Positions 30,538-40,187 of a stretch of DNA of 64,000 nucleotides are shown here, piece by piece. The DNA comes from an uncultured Piscirickettsiaceae bacterium (GTDB taxonomy: Bacteria; Pseudomonadota; Gammaproteobacteria; PS1; Pseudothioglobaceae): assembly GCA_964403565.1 (NCBI GenBank), contig CAYOFV010000001.1:4839-68838 (forward strand). Direction: 5' to 3'. The notes beneath the pieces were generated by a model. It ran no database searches and had not been told where the DNA came from. It worked only from the letters and a program-made list of their open reading frames with translations. The position numbers and the translations under genes were made by a program. The stretch's first letter is position 1. Every line of letters starts with the position of its first letter.

Positions 30538-30562
30538 CAATACATCACATTGGAGAAATACT

Positions 30563-30811
30563 ATGCATAGAGTCAACTTAACAATCGACGAATCTCTTTA
30601 CGATCAAGCTCGTGCTCATAGCTTTGTATCCAAAAAATCAGTTTCTCAAATTATGCGAGAAAGCTTAACCGAATACTTAAACAAAGACACTAAAACAAAA
30701 AAACAGGCAGAGTTGGTAATGTCTACAGAGGATGAAAATGAAATTTTAGATATTTTAAAGAATGATGAATTTATCTCAGAAGACGAATTCAAAAAACAAT
30801 TTAATTTATGA
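30563..30811 (+). CDS. ribbon-helix-helix (CopG-like) type II antitoxin
   Basis: 82 aa; the N-terminal RVNLTIDESLYDQ..SVSQIMRESLTEYL fits beta-strand/helix-helix RHH; acidic C-terminus; ATGA overlap with the toxin. Confidence 0.8.
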   Translation: MHRVNLTIDESLYDQARAHSFVSKKSVSQIMRESLTEYLNKDTKTKKQAELVMSTEDENEILDILKNDEFISEDEFKKQFNL

Positions 30812-31059
30812 AAATTGTTTATTCAAAGAAATTTATTAAAAAATTCTCAAAACTTGATCAAAAACTGCAGAAAAAGATATCAAACGCCATCGACTCTATA
30901 CCACAAGGTGACATAAAACGACTTATTGGCAAAAGAACACCACCAATCTATCGTCTCAGAGTATCAAAATATAGAGTTTTGTTTAACTTAGATGCAAAAA
31001 ATATAAAAATCTTAACTGTAGATAGTCGTGGCGATGTTTACAAGCACTTAGACGACTGA
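30808..31059 (+). CDS. RelE/ParE-family type II toxin
   Basis: 83 aa; KKF.KL pattern, IKRLIG, YRLRVSKYRVLFNLD, VDSRGDVY typical of RelE/StbE/ParE. Confidence 0.8.
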   Translation: MKIVYSKKFIKKFSKLDQKLQKKISNAIDSIPQGDIKRLIGKRTPPIYRLRVSKYRVLFNLDAKNIKILTVDSRGDVYKHLDD

Positions 31060-31060
31060 T

Positions 31061-31075
31061 TCTTAAAATTTGCTA
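31061..31075 (+). repeat. right copy of the 15-bp direct repeat tcttaaaatttgcta
   Basis: Starts 2 nt after the toxin stop codon; exact match to 30432..30446. Confidence 0.8.
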
Positions 31076-31215
31076 AATTTTAGATTTTTATAACTAAATT
31101 TAACAAAATAATAACAAAAACTGCTTATTTTTGCCAAAAAAACACCATTTTTTGGATATAAATTGAGTAATTTTAAGAGAATTATCATTAATTATAAATA
31201 TTTTCTAATTCTTTA

Positions 31216-32223
31216 TTAATCTGTTAAAAAATCATTAGCAACAAGAGCTAAAAGAAAAATATCAAATAACCAGACAAATATCATAAAAAATGCTAATACA
31301 GTCCATATTTTTGATCCTTTATATAATCTTGCCGCATTGAACATAGCAACCAACCAAGTAATAGCATAGACGACATACGTAGTTGTAATAATGCCTTTTG
31401 TTGAATGCTCTTCAGCTTGAGCAATAATAATAAAAGCCACAAGTCTAGCAAGAACTCCAAAAAGCCAATATGTCTTGGCTAAACCAAATTCACCATATAT
31501 AAATTTACTAAAATAATTGGCAGTTTTATTATTGGGCATATTGTCTAGTATTTTTTTTAACTTTTTTCTATCTAAAGACATATTGGTGCTATTGATTGCA
31601 TCTATTTTATATTTTTTGCTTTTGCATAACAATCGATCCAAGATTTTTTCAAAATGATTTTCTGTCTTGTCAAATAGTCTTTTATATCTGTATAAAAAAA
31701 ATATATCTTTATTTACTTTATTTAAGCATAGTTCTAATTTAGGCATTAAATAATGTTTTGTTGTTGTTTCTAACAGTTGCAAATAAAGGTCTGATGACAT
31801 ATTGCGATAATTTAATTTTGTATGCTTTGGATTTAATGCAAATGGAAAAATATCTAGAATTAAAAAACCATTCTTACAAAACAGATCGAGCATAATTTGT
31901 TTTTGTTTGTATGCTTCTTCAGGTTTTTCTATTGTTTGCCCAGTATGAAGAAACACTTCCAAATCATTAAAATGAAAAAATGCGCTTGGAGGTGTGTCTG
32001 CATTGTAAATATAATTCTCAAGATTGCCAAACAATGGAGATTCTGAAATCATTACAATCTTTAAATCATCAACCCTATTAAATTGCCCTGTCCAAAGTTT
32101 TTCTGTGACACTAAAAGCATGTTTTAGATATTTTTCATCATTGTCAAAAAACTCAAGAATATTTTGTTCTTGATAAACTATTTTTAATACTTCTGCAATT
32201 GGGTGCCATTGTAGTGTTTGCAT
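31216..32223 (-). CDS. hypothetical protein: about 235-aa soluble N-domain plus three C-terminal TM helices
   Basis: 335-aa ORF with a GAGG RBS, visibly AT-richer than its neighbours. TM segments WLFGVLARLVAFIIIA, TTYVVYAITWLVAMF and VLAFFMIFVWLFDIFLLALV. Confidence 0.7.
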   Translation of the reverse strand: MQTLQWHPIAEVLKIVYQEQNILEFFDNDEKYLKHAFSVTEKLWTGQFNRVDDLKIVMISESPLFGNLENYIYNADTPPSAFFHFNDLEVFLHTGQTIEKPEEAYKQKQIMLDLFCKNGFLILDIFPFALNPKHTKLNYRNMSSDLYLQLLETTTKHYLMPKLELCLNKVNKDIFFLYRYKRLFDKTENHFEKILDRLLCKSKKYKIDAINSTNMSLDRKKLKKILDNMPNNKTANYFSKFIYGEFGLAKTYWLFGVLARLVAFIIIAQAEEHSTKGIITTTYVVYAITWLVAMFNAARLYKGSKIWTVLAFFMIFVWLFDIFLLALVANDFLTD

Positions 32224-32459
32224 TTTCTCAGCCTCTCTAAAAGGACTCCATCCTTTTTTTAAATAAAATCAGAAAAAGATAGCGACACTTTTAATTTACT
32301 ATTTATAAGTCAAATTGTATATCAATACTAAAATAAGTGGTAATTTTTGCCAAAGTCGAGGCGTAAGGAATTTGAAAAGGCAGGAGCTTACAACTAGTAA
32401 GTGACTGTTTTTGAGAATTTCGACAACAAAGCCTTTGGCAGAAAGTACCCTTATTTTAT

Positions 32460-32699
32460 TTAGTCGAAGAAGCCATCCATGTGGAGTTCCGTGAGATCAC
32501 TAAACCCACCAATATGCTTACCATCAATTGTAATTTGTGGCACCATGCGTGCACCATTAGTAACTTTAGAAAATTCAGCTAACAATGAGCGATCTTCATC
32601 AATCATTTTTTGCTCAAACGGCAGATTCCACTTGGTTAAAAGCTCTTTGGTTTTAACGCAAATTGGGCAAGAGTGAGTTGAGTAAACTACGATATCCAT
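32460..32699 (-). CDS. glutaredoxin
   Basis: 79 aa; CPIC active site and VPQITIDGKHIGGFSDL. Confidence 0.85.
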   Translation of the reverse strand: MDIVVYSTHSCPICVKTKELLTKWNLPFEQKMIDEDRSLLAEFSKVTNGARMVPQITIDGKHIGGFSDLTELHMDGFFD

Positions 32700-32701
32700 A
32701 A

Positions 32702-33775
32702 TTAACCTTGTAAGGCTTTAACCACTAGATCGCCCATTTCACTAGTACCAACCACTGTATCACCTTCTGCAGCAATATCTTGCGTGCGGTAACCTTGATC
32801 TAGAACGGTGTTAACTGCTGAGTCAATCTTATCTGCTAAGTCTGCTTGATTTAATGAATATCTAAGCATCATTGAAACTGAAAGAATAGTAGCAAGTGGG
32901 TTGGCTAGATCTTGTCCGGCAATATCAGGAGCAGAGCCGTGAATCGGCTCATACATGCCATAGCCATCTTTATTAAGTGACGCACTTGGTAGCATACCAA
33001 TTGATCCTGTAAGCATTGCTGCACAGTCTGACAATACATCACCAAAGAGGTTAGAAGTAACCATTACATCAAACTGTTTTGGTGCACGCACTAGCTGCAT
33101 TGCCGCGTTATCAACATACATATGTGAAAGTTTAACATCTGGATAATCTTTTGCCACGCGCTCCATAGTATCGCGCCACAGTTCACACACTTCCAATACA
33201 TTGGCTTTGTCTACAGAACAAACGCGTTTATTGCGCTTTTGTGCGATTTGGAATGCGCTATGGCCAATACGCTCAATTTCAGATTCGTAATATGTTGCAG
33301 TATTAAATCCATACTTTTGACCATCACGCTCTTCAACACCACGTGGTTGACCAAAATAAATACCAGCTACAAGTTCACGCACGATCATTAAATCAAGACC
33401 AGAAACCACTTCTTCTTTAAGTGTTGATGCGCTAGCAAGCTGTGGGTAAAGTATTGCTGGACGTAAATTAGAGAATAAATCCATCTCTGCACGTAAACCT
33501 AGAAGTCCACGCTCAGGACGAAGATCACGCTCTAGAGCTTCCCACTCATAACCGCCAACAGCACCAAGTAGAATTGAATCACACTTGTGTGCTTCGTCAA
33601 GTGTAGCCTGTGGCAGGGGAGATCCAGTCTCGTCATAAGCAGTACCGCCAATTAAACCATGAACAAGCTCCATACCTAAATTCTCATTCTCGTTTAGGTA
33701 ATCAATAACTTTAAGCGCCTGCGCTACAATCTCTTGTCCAATGCCGTCACCTGGCAATACTAATACTTTTGACAT
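32702..33775 (-). CDS. leuB: 3-isopropylmalate dehydrogenase
   Basis: [27 protein letters not shown]. Start placed at [11 protein letters not shown] (33775); the ORF is open to 33805. Confidence 0.95.
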   Translation of the reverse strand: MSKVLVLPGDGIGQEIVAQALKVIDYLNENENLGMELVHGLIGGTAYDETGSPLPQATLDEAHKCDSILLGAVGGYEWEALERDLRPERGLLGLRAEMDLFSNLRPAILYPQLASASTLKEEVVSGLDLMIVRELVAGIYFGQPRGVEERDGQKYGFNTATYYESEIERIGHSAFQIAQKRNKRVCSVDKANVLEVCELWRDTMERVAKDYPDVKLSHMYVDNAAMQLVRAPKQFDVMVTSNLFGDVLSDCAAMLTGSIGMLPSASLNKDGYGMYEPIHGSAPDIAGQDLANPLATILSVSMMLRYSLNQADLADKIDSAVNTVLDQGYRTQDIAAEGDTVVGTSEMGDLVVKALQG

Positions 33776-33850
33776 CTTTATATTTGTATGTGAATTTAAA
33801 AGCAACTATTTTACTAGAGTCTAGCAAGAAATATTTTTGTTATTAAAACA

Positions 33851-33870
33851 GGGAAGGGCTTGCCTTACCC
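33851..33870 (-). terminator. hairpin after the rubredoxin gene
   Basis: gggaaggg-cttg-ccttaccc (one mismatch), 5 nt past the stop; followed on the minus strand by TGTTTTAAT. Confidence 0.45.
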
Positions 33871-33874
33871 GATA

Positions 33875-34045
33875 TTAAATTTCGATCATTTCAAATTGAT
33901 CTTTAGTTGCTCCACAGTCTGGACAAACCCAATCTTGGGGTATGTCCTCCCAACGAGTACAAGGCTCAATACCATGTGCAGTATCGCCTAAATACTCATC
34001 ATAAACCCAGTCACAAACAATGCATCTATATTTTTTATATTTCAT
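33875..34045 (-). CDS. rubredoxin
   Basis: 56-aa ORF absent from the track (under 60 aa). My translation is MKYKKYRCIVCDWVYDEYLGDTAHGIEPCTRWEDIPQDWVCPDCGATKDQFEMIEI, carrying CxxC ... CPxCG with conserved W/Y/D positions. Confidence 0.85.
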   Translation of the reverse strand: MKYKKYRCIVCDWVYDEYLGDTAHGIEPCTRWEDIPQDWVCPDCGATKDQFEMIEI

Positions 34046-34063
34046 AATTGCAATTCTGAAAAT

Positions 34064-34091
34064 AAAAAAGGGAGTAAAAACTCCCTTTTTT
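34064..34091 (-). terminator. rho-independent terminator after the peroxiredoxin gene (bidirectional shape)
   Basis: aaaaaagggag / ctccctttttt 11-bp stem with 6-nt loop; A-run and T-run flanks. Confidence 0.75.
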
Positions 34092-34113
34092 AGTTAATAC
34101 TTACCAATACTAA

Positions 34114-34713
34114 TTATAGTTCGTCAGCATGTTTTGTTAGATAGTCAGCAACACCTGCTGGCGTGTCTTTCATGCCTTCATCGCCTTTGTTCCAACCTGC
34201 TGGACAAACCTCACCATTTTCAGTATGGAAGTCTAGCGCATCTACCATACGTAGCATTTCATCAACGTTTCTACCTAGTGGTAAATCATTTACCACTTGA
34301 TGACGCACATCAAAATTTTCATCAATTAAGAATGATGCACGCAGTGCAACGCCATCTGGATGCATAATGCCATATGCCTCACCAATTGCGTGATCAACAT
34401 CTGCAACTAATGGGAAATCAATAGCACCAAGACCACCATCATTAATTGCTGTATTTCTCCAAGCATTGTGTGTGAATTGTGAATCAATTGAAACACCAAC
34501 TACCTCAACACCCTTTTCAGCAAACTGACTTGCACGGTGATGATGCGCTAGAATTTCTGAAGGACAAACAAAAGTAAAATCAAGTGGGTAGAAGAATAAC
34601 ATAATCTTTTTACCCTTAAGGCTAGATAGTTGAAATTCATCTACAATTGTGCCATCTGCCAGTACTGCAGCAGCAGTGAAATCTGGTGCTTGTTTTGTTA
34701 CTAAAACGCTCAT
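34114..34713 (-). CDS. typical 2-Cys peroxiredoxin (AhpC/Tsa family)
   Basis: Peroxidatic FTFVCPSE and resolving EVCPAGW. Start placed at MSVLVTKQAPDF (34713). Confidence 0.9.
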   Translation of the reverse strand: MSVLVTKQAPDFTAAAVLADGTIVDEFQLSSLKGKKIMLFFYPLDFTFVCPSEILAHHHRASQFAEKGVEVVGVSIDSQFTHNAWRNTAINDGGLGAIDFPLVADVDHAIGEAYGIMHPDGVALRASFLIDENFDVRHQVVNDLPLGRNVDEMLRMVDALDFHTENGEVCPAGWNKGDEGMKDTPAGVADYLTKHADEL

Positions 34714-34843
34714 TTTCTCTCCAAATAAATTATTAAATAAACCCATAGATTATACAACTGCTTTTATTTATAAATCTTATAAAAAATAAGGGTTTAGCAC
34801 TGACTAGCTAGAACATTAGCAAATACTCAAGTAAAATGGGCGC

Positions 34844-36232
34844 ATGCTGAAAATATACAACACATTAACCAAACAAAAAGAGGTGTTTCATCCAATAAAT
34901 CCTGAGCAGGTTGGGATTTATGTTTGCGGTATGACAGTTTATGACTATTGTCATATGGGGCATGCACGAGTATTGGTGATGTTTGATGTTATAACTCGAC
35001 ATTTGCGCCGTCAATTTCCGCGTGTTGAGTATGTGCGCAATATTACTGATATTGACGACAAAATTATTGCCAGAGCGGTTGAAAACAAAGAAGACATCTA
35101 TAGTCTAACCAATCGTTTTATTGATGCAATGCACGAAGATGAGCGTGCGCTAGGAGTTTTGGAGCCTGACACAGAGCCAAGAGCTACAGATTCAATTGAT
35201 CAAATGTTCTACATGATCGAATCTTTAATTGAAAAAGGTATTGCTTATCAAGGCAAAAATGGCGATGTGTACTATTCAGTACGAGACTTTCCTAACTACG
35301 GCAAACTTAGTGGCAAAAATCTTGATGAACTTGAAGCAGGTGCTAGAGTTGATGTTGAGAGCGATAAAAAAGACCCGCTAGATTTTGTATTGTGGAAGAT
35401 GGCAAAACCTTCTGAACCAAGTTGGTCTTCACCTTGGGGTGAAGGACGCCCAGGATGGCATATTGAATGCTCTGCTATGTCGTGTCATCATCTTGGCAAT
35501 CATTTTGATATTCACGGTGGCGGTATGGATCTAACCTTCCCGCACCATGAAAATGAAATTGCACAATCTGAAGGCGCCAATGACACCAAATTTGTTAATA
35601 CTTGGATGCATGTTGGATTCGTTAATATTAATGATGAAAAAATGTCTAAATCGCTTAATAACTTTTTTACCATTCGTGGAGTATTAGAAAGTTATGATGG
35701 CGAAACATTGCGTTACTTTATTATGAGTTCGCATTATCGTTCACCACTTAATTTCTCGGACGAAAACCTCAACAATGCAAAAACTGCATTAACGCGCTTA
35801 TACACAGCAATACGCGGATTAGGTGCTAGTGACACGGCAATGGATGAAGTATCGCAACGATTTGACTTTGAAAAGCGTTTCAACGCAGCGCTTAATGATG
35901 ACTTCAACACACCAATTGCCTTAAGCATTTTATTTGAACTTGCAAAAGCTGTTAACTCCGCTAGAAGCGAAGATGTTGATCTTGCCAACGCATTAGCGCA
36001 ACTACTGATTAAACTTGGTGACTATGTTGGAATTCTGCAAACTGATGCTGATGAGTTTTTAACTCAGGGTGTTGATTTGTCTGATAAAGAAATCAATGAA
36101 AAGATCGCTATTCGCAATGAAGCACGAGCCAATAAAGACTTTGCCTTATCTGATAAGATTAGAGATGAGCTCACCGAGCAAGGGATTGTTTTAGAGGATA
36201 GTGGATCAGGCACTACTTGGCGCCGCAAGTAA
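34844..36232 (+). CDS. cysS: cysteine--tRNA ligase
   Basis: HIGH-type CHMGHAR, KMSKS, zinc-ligand Cys pattern. Confidence 0.95.
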   Translation: MLKIYNTLTKQKEVFHPINPEQVGIYVCGMTVYDYCHMGHARVLVMFDVITRHLRRQFPRVEYVRNITDIDDKIIARAVENKEDIYSLTNRFIDAMHEDERALGVLEPDTEPRATDSIDQMFYMIESLIEKGIAYQGKNGDVYYSVRDFPNYGKLSGKNLDELEAGARVDVESDKKDPLDFVLWKMAKPSEPSWSSPWGEGRPGWHIECSAMSCHHLGNHFDIHGGGMDLTFPHHENEIAQSEGANDTKFVNTWMHVGFVNINDEKMSKSLNNFFTIRGVLESYDGETLRYFIMSSHYRSPLNFSDENLNNAKTALTRLYTAIRGLGASDTAMDEVSQRFDFEKRFNAALNDDFNTPIALSILFELAKAVNSARSEDVDLANALAQLLIKLGDYVGILQTDADEFLTQGVDLSDKEINEKIAIRNEARANKDFALSDKIRDELTEQGIVLEDSGSGTTWRRK

Positions 36233-36248
36233 CTAATACGTTACATCT

Positions 36249-36920
36249 ATGAGCAAAGTTATAAACTGGGAAAGTATTGATACCATACTGCTAGATATGG
36301 ATGGGACTCTGCTTGATCTTAACTTTGATCTGCACTTTTGGATGGAATACTTGCCACTGGTATTTGCCAATAAACACAACATGACTCATGAAGAGTCAAA
36401 AGATCATATTCATCCAATTTTGCGCGCTGAAGAAGGCAAATTGCATTGGTATTGCTTGGATTACTGGCAAAAGGTTTTTAAACTAGATATTGCACAACTT
36501 AAAGAAGATGTATCGCACCTTATTCAGATTCATCCGTTTGTATTAGAATTCCTTAGCCAGGCAAAAGAACATAATAAACGTATATTTTTAGTTACTAATG
36601 CTCATCGAAAAACCATTGAGTTAAAAATGCGAGTAACTAATTTAGATGAATATTTTGATAAAGTTATTTCATCACATGATTATGACATTGCCAAAGAAGA
36701 TCAGGGTTTTTGGCATAAACTTGATGAGCAAATTAATCTAGACAAGAAAAAAAGTGTATTTTTTGATGATTCTTTAGCAGTGCTTAATTCTGCAAAAAAA
36801 TACGGTATAGGCAATATTGTTGCTATTAGCAAGCCGAGCTCAAAAATTGAAAATAAAGAAATTGAAGGTTTTACTAATATAGAAAACTTTGATTTAGCAA
36901 CCCCGGTAAAACCGCATTAA
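36249..36920 (+). CDS. yrfG: HAD-family GMP/IMP nucleotidase (YrfG-like)
   Basis: ILLDMDGTLLDL, HWYCLDYW, VTNAH, FFDDS; collinear with E. coli YrfG. Confidence 0.75.
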   Translation: MSKVINWESIDTILLDMDGTLLDLNFDLHFWMEYLPLVFANKHNMTHEESKDHIHPILRAEEGKLHWYCLDYWQKVFKLDIAQLKEDVSHLIQIHPFVLEFLSQAKEHNKRIFLVTNAHRKTIELKMRVTNLDEYFDKVISSHDYDIAKEDQGFWHKLDEQINLDKKKSVFFDDSLAVLNSAKKYGIGNIVAISKPSSKIENKEIEGFTNIENFDLATPVKPH

Positions 36921-36921
36921 A

Positions 36922-36943
36922 AAAGCCCGCAACAGCGGGCTTT
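36922..36943. terminator. bidirectional terminator between convergent genes
   Basis: aaagcccgc-aaca-gcgggcttt, GC-rich 9-bp stem starting 2 nt after the stop. Confidence 0.75.
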
Positions 36944-36966
36944 CGTATAAGATTTATCTATGGAAA

Positions 36967-37371
36967 TTACTCACCACCGATAGCACTCATTAGCGCAAAG
37001 CTCTTTACAAATGGGTTTGCCATTCTAGGGTCTTTAATCATAGCTGCGAAGTCGCCCTTCTCAAACTTTAATTTACCCATAGTTACTGCCATACCCATAG
37101 AACCCATACCTAAAGGCTTATCGATCCATTTCATCCAGTTTTTCTTATCAGCGCGCATATCCCAATCAACATCAGTGCCGTCGTAATCACCAGCATGTGT
37201 ACACTCGCCATTTTCTACAACAAAAATACCTGTTGGTGTGCCATCGCCTTTAAAGCCGCAAGCGATTGTTGAAGAAAAGTTAATTTCTGCCAATTTACCA
37301 CGAACTTCATCTGAACCATTCCAAGCATCTTTTAGTTGATTCATCCACTCGTCTGAAAACAATACTGCCAT
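36967..37371 (-). CDS. SCP2 sterol-binding-domain-like small protein
   Basis: 134 aa; FSDEW..LK N-terminus and GKLKFEGD-type C-terminal pattern; motif-level call only. Confidence 0.5.
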   Translation of the reverse strand: MAVLFSDEWMNQLKDAWNGSDEVRGKLAEINFSSTIACGFKGDGTPTGIFVVENGECTHAGDYDGTDVDWDMRADKKNWMKWIDKPLGMGSMGMAVTMGKLKFEKGDFAAMIKDPRMANPFVKSFALMSAIGGE

Positions 37372-37582
37372 ATTTATCTCCTATAAATGTAGTATTAAAT
37401 AAGACAATTTTTACACTGTCTTATTTCATTCTCCTCAAATTTATTCGTTAATCGAATTGATGAGTATTATGCCAATTAAATTGGCAAAATTATTAATTTT
37501 TTTGAAAAAAATTGTTGTTTTTTCACCACCAATTAACCTACGTTAATAACTGCCATTGGTAGATGAAAAAAACATGGTTATT

Positions 37583-37591
37583 TGGTATAAT
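37583..37591 (+). promoter_or_regulatory. extended -10 element TGgTATAAT
   Basis: 30 nt upstream of the GTG start at 37621. Confidence 0.35.
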
Positions 37592-37620
37592 AATTCGCTT
37601 TTATTTGACAAGAGAACATC

Positions 37621-38097
37621 GTGCCAAAACTGTGCATATTGTCTGACTCTCACGGGTTTATCCATCCAAAAATAGTTAGCATTGCCAACGAATGCGATAT
37701 TGCCATTCATGTTGGTGATATCATTGACGAGAGCACTCTTGAGCAACTACAACCAAAACAAAAACTTATTGCTATAAAAGGCAATAATGATGAACACATA
37801 ACTTGGTTAAATTCTGTTGAGTTTATTAAATTTAATAGTGGCACAATTGCCATTGAGCATGGACATAAGCATGGACATCAAAAACCATCTCACAAGTCTT
37901 TAAGAAATACATATCCAAATGCTAAGATTATTATTTATGGTCATACGCATAAGCAGGTAATTGACAAAGATTCAAAGCCTTGGGTTATAAACCCTGGTGC
38001 GGCTGGTGAGATTCGTAATCATGGTGGGGCCAAATGCTTCACTATAGAAATTAATGACAATGGGAATTGGCCTATAACCCCTCATATTTTTGATTAG
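37621..38097 (+). CDS. YfcE/MJ0936-type metallophosphoesterase
   Basis: LSDSHG, VGDIID, GNND, GHKHG, YGHTH motifs; GTG start. Confidence 0.8.
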   Translation: MPKLCILSDSHGFIHPKIVSIANECDIAIHVGDIIDESTLEQLQPKQKLIAIKGNNDEHITWLNSVEFIKFNSGTIAIEHGHKHGHQKPSHKSLRNTYPNAKIIIYGHTHKQVIDKDSKPWVINPGAAGEIRNHGGAKCFTIEINDNGNWPITPHIFD

Positions 38098-38188
38098 TTA
38101 TACCTCTTTATGCATAGAAAATGCATCTTAAAATTAGACTCATCAATGTATAATTAGTGGTTTTTTTAAGCAAAAAGGAATAATAAAA

Positions 38189-39433
38189 ATGAAGAATGCT
38201 TTTTATGCTCAATCAGGCGGTGTTACTGCGGTAATTAACGCTTCTGCTTGTGGTGTTATCGAAACAGCACGCAAAAATTCAGACAAAATTGGTACTGTAT
38301 ACGCTGGTCAAAACGGCATCATCGGTGCTTTAACTGAAAACCTAATTGACACATCTAAAGAATCGGATGCTGATGTTGCTGCACTTAAGCACACACCATC
38401 AGGTGGTTTTGGCTCTTGCCGTTATAAGATGAAATCTTTAGAAGAAAACAAGCGTGAGTATGAGAGACTAATCGAAGTATTTAAAGCTCATGATATTGGT
38501 TATTTCTTTTACAATGGTGGTGGCGATTCAGCTGATACTTGCCTTAAAGTATCACAACTTTCTGAATCAATGGGTTACCCAATTCAAGCTATCCACGTAC
38601 CAAAAACTGTAGATAACGATCTTCCTATTACTGATAACTGCCCTGGTTTTGGTTCAGTTGCTAAGTACATTGCTGTATCTACAATGGAAGCAAGTTTTGA
38701 TGTTGCGTCAATGGCTGCTACTTCAACAAAGATTTTTGTACTTGAAGTAATGGGTCGTCACGCAGGCTGGATTGCAGCTGCTGGTGGCTTAGTTGATGAT
38801 TCAATTCCTGTAGTTATCTTATTCCCAGAAGTTGATTTTGACGAGGAAAAATTCTTAGCTAAAGTTGATAAAAATGTTAAAAAGTTTGGTTACTGTACAA
38901 TCGTTGTATCAGAGGGTACTAAATGGGCAGATGGTCGCTTCCTAGCAGAACAAGGCACACGTGATGACTTTGGTCATGCACAACTTGGTGGCGCTGCTCC
39001 AGTTGTTGCTAACTTAATTAAAGATGCTCTAGGTTATAAATACCACTGGGCTGTTGCAGACTACTTACAACGTGCTGCACGTCACTTATCTTCAGAGTCT
39101 GATGTTGAGCAAGCTTACGCATTAGGTGAAGCTGCTGTTAATATGGCACTTGAAGGCAAAAACTCGGTTATGCCTGCAGTTATCCGTACATCAAACGACC
39201 CATATACCTGGGAAATTGGTTCAGGCGAATTAAAAGATATTGCTAACGTTGAAAAAATGATGCCAATGGAGTACATTTCTGATGATGGTTTTGGTATTAC
39301 TGATGCATGTCGTGAATACTTACAACCACTTATCGAAGGTGAAAACTACCCTCCATACAAAAATGGCTTGCCAGATTACGTGGTAATGAAAAAAGAAATG
39401 GTGGAAAAGAAATTACCATCATTTGAAGTTTAA
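38189..39433 (+). CDS. pfp: 6-phosphofructokinase, probably pyrophosphate-dependent
   Basis: PFK-family motifs SGGVTAVIN, GGGDS, PKTVDNDL, MGRHAGW. PPi dependence is inferred from the 414-aa long form and linkage to hppA. Confidence 0.75.
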   Translation: MKNAFYAQSGGVTAVINASACGVIETARKNSDKIGTVYAGQNGIIGALTENLIDTSKESDADVAALKHTPSGGFGSCRYKMKSLEENKREYERLIEVFKAHDIGYFFYNGGGDSADTCLKVSQLSESMGYPIQAIHVPKTVDNDLPITDNCPGFGSVAKYIAVSTMEASFDVASMAATSTKIFVLEVMGRHAGWIAAAGGLVDDSIPVVILFPEVDFDEEKFLAKVDKNVKKFGYCTIVVSEGTKWADGRFLAEQGTRDDFGHAQLGGAAPVVANLIKDALGYKYHWAVADYLQRAARHLSSESDVEQAYALGEAAVNMALEGKNSVMPAVIRTSNDPYTWEIGSGELKDIANVEKMMPMEYISDDGFGITDACREYLQPLIEGENYPPYKNGLPDYVVMKKEMVEKKLPSFEV

Positions 39434-39439
39434 TACTAA

Positions 39440-40102
<663 letters not shown>

Positions 40103-40123
40103 ACCTTAGTTCTTTTATTCGGG

Positions 40124-40157
40124 GGGCTTGTGTCACTTGGTGGCATAGGCCCTTTTT
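40124..40157 (+). terminator. rho-independent terminator after adk
   Basis: gggcttgtg/cataggccc stem (two G-U pairs) followed by TTTTT. Confidence 0.6.
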
Positions 40158-40187
40158 GTTTAATAAATTTATAAGTTAATAATAGTT

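Noticed and set aside
30516-30545. dif-like (XerCD) site: ggtgtgc-tATAATGTATAT resembles GGTGCGCATAATGTATAT of gammaproteobacterial dif
   Set aside because: The match needs a 1-nt indel in the XerC arm. The XerD arm, normally the best-conserved part (TTATGTTAAAT), is not present (tacatcaatac). The sequence is better explained as an extended -10 plus a palindromic antitoxin operator.
32239-32260. Plus-strand terminator-like hairpin (aaaagga-ctcca-tcctttt + T-run) just beyond the start of the minus-strand 335-aa gene. It could in principle end an antisense read-through transcript from the TA operon
   Set aside because: The stem is only 7 bp, mostly A/T. No plus-strand gene ends here. The antisense-transcript idea has no support from sequence alone.
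37543-37746. 67-aa minus-strand ORF overlapping the start of the metallophosphoesterase gene
   Set aside because: It lies antisense to a motif-supported gene and its promoter, and its sequence is featureless. The same reasoning applies to 62385..62573 and 11852..12046.
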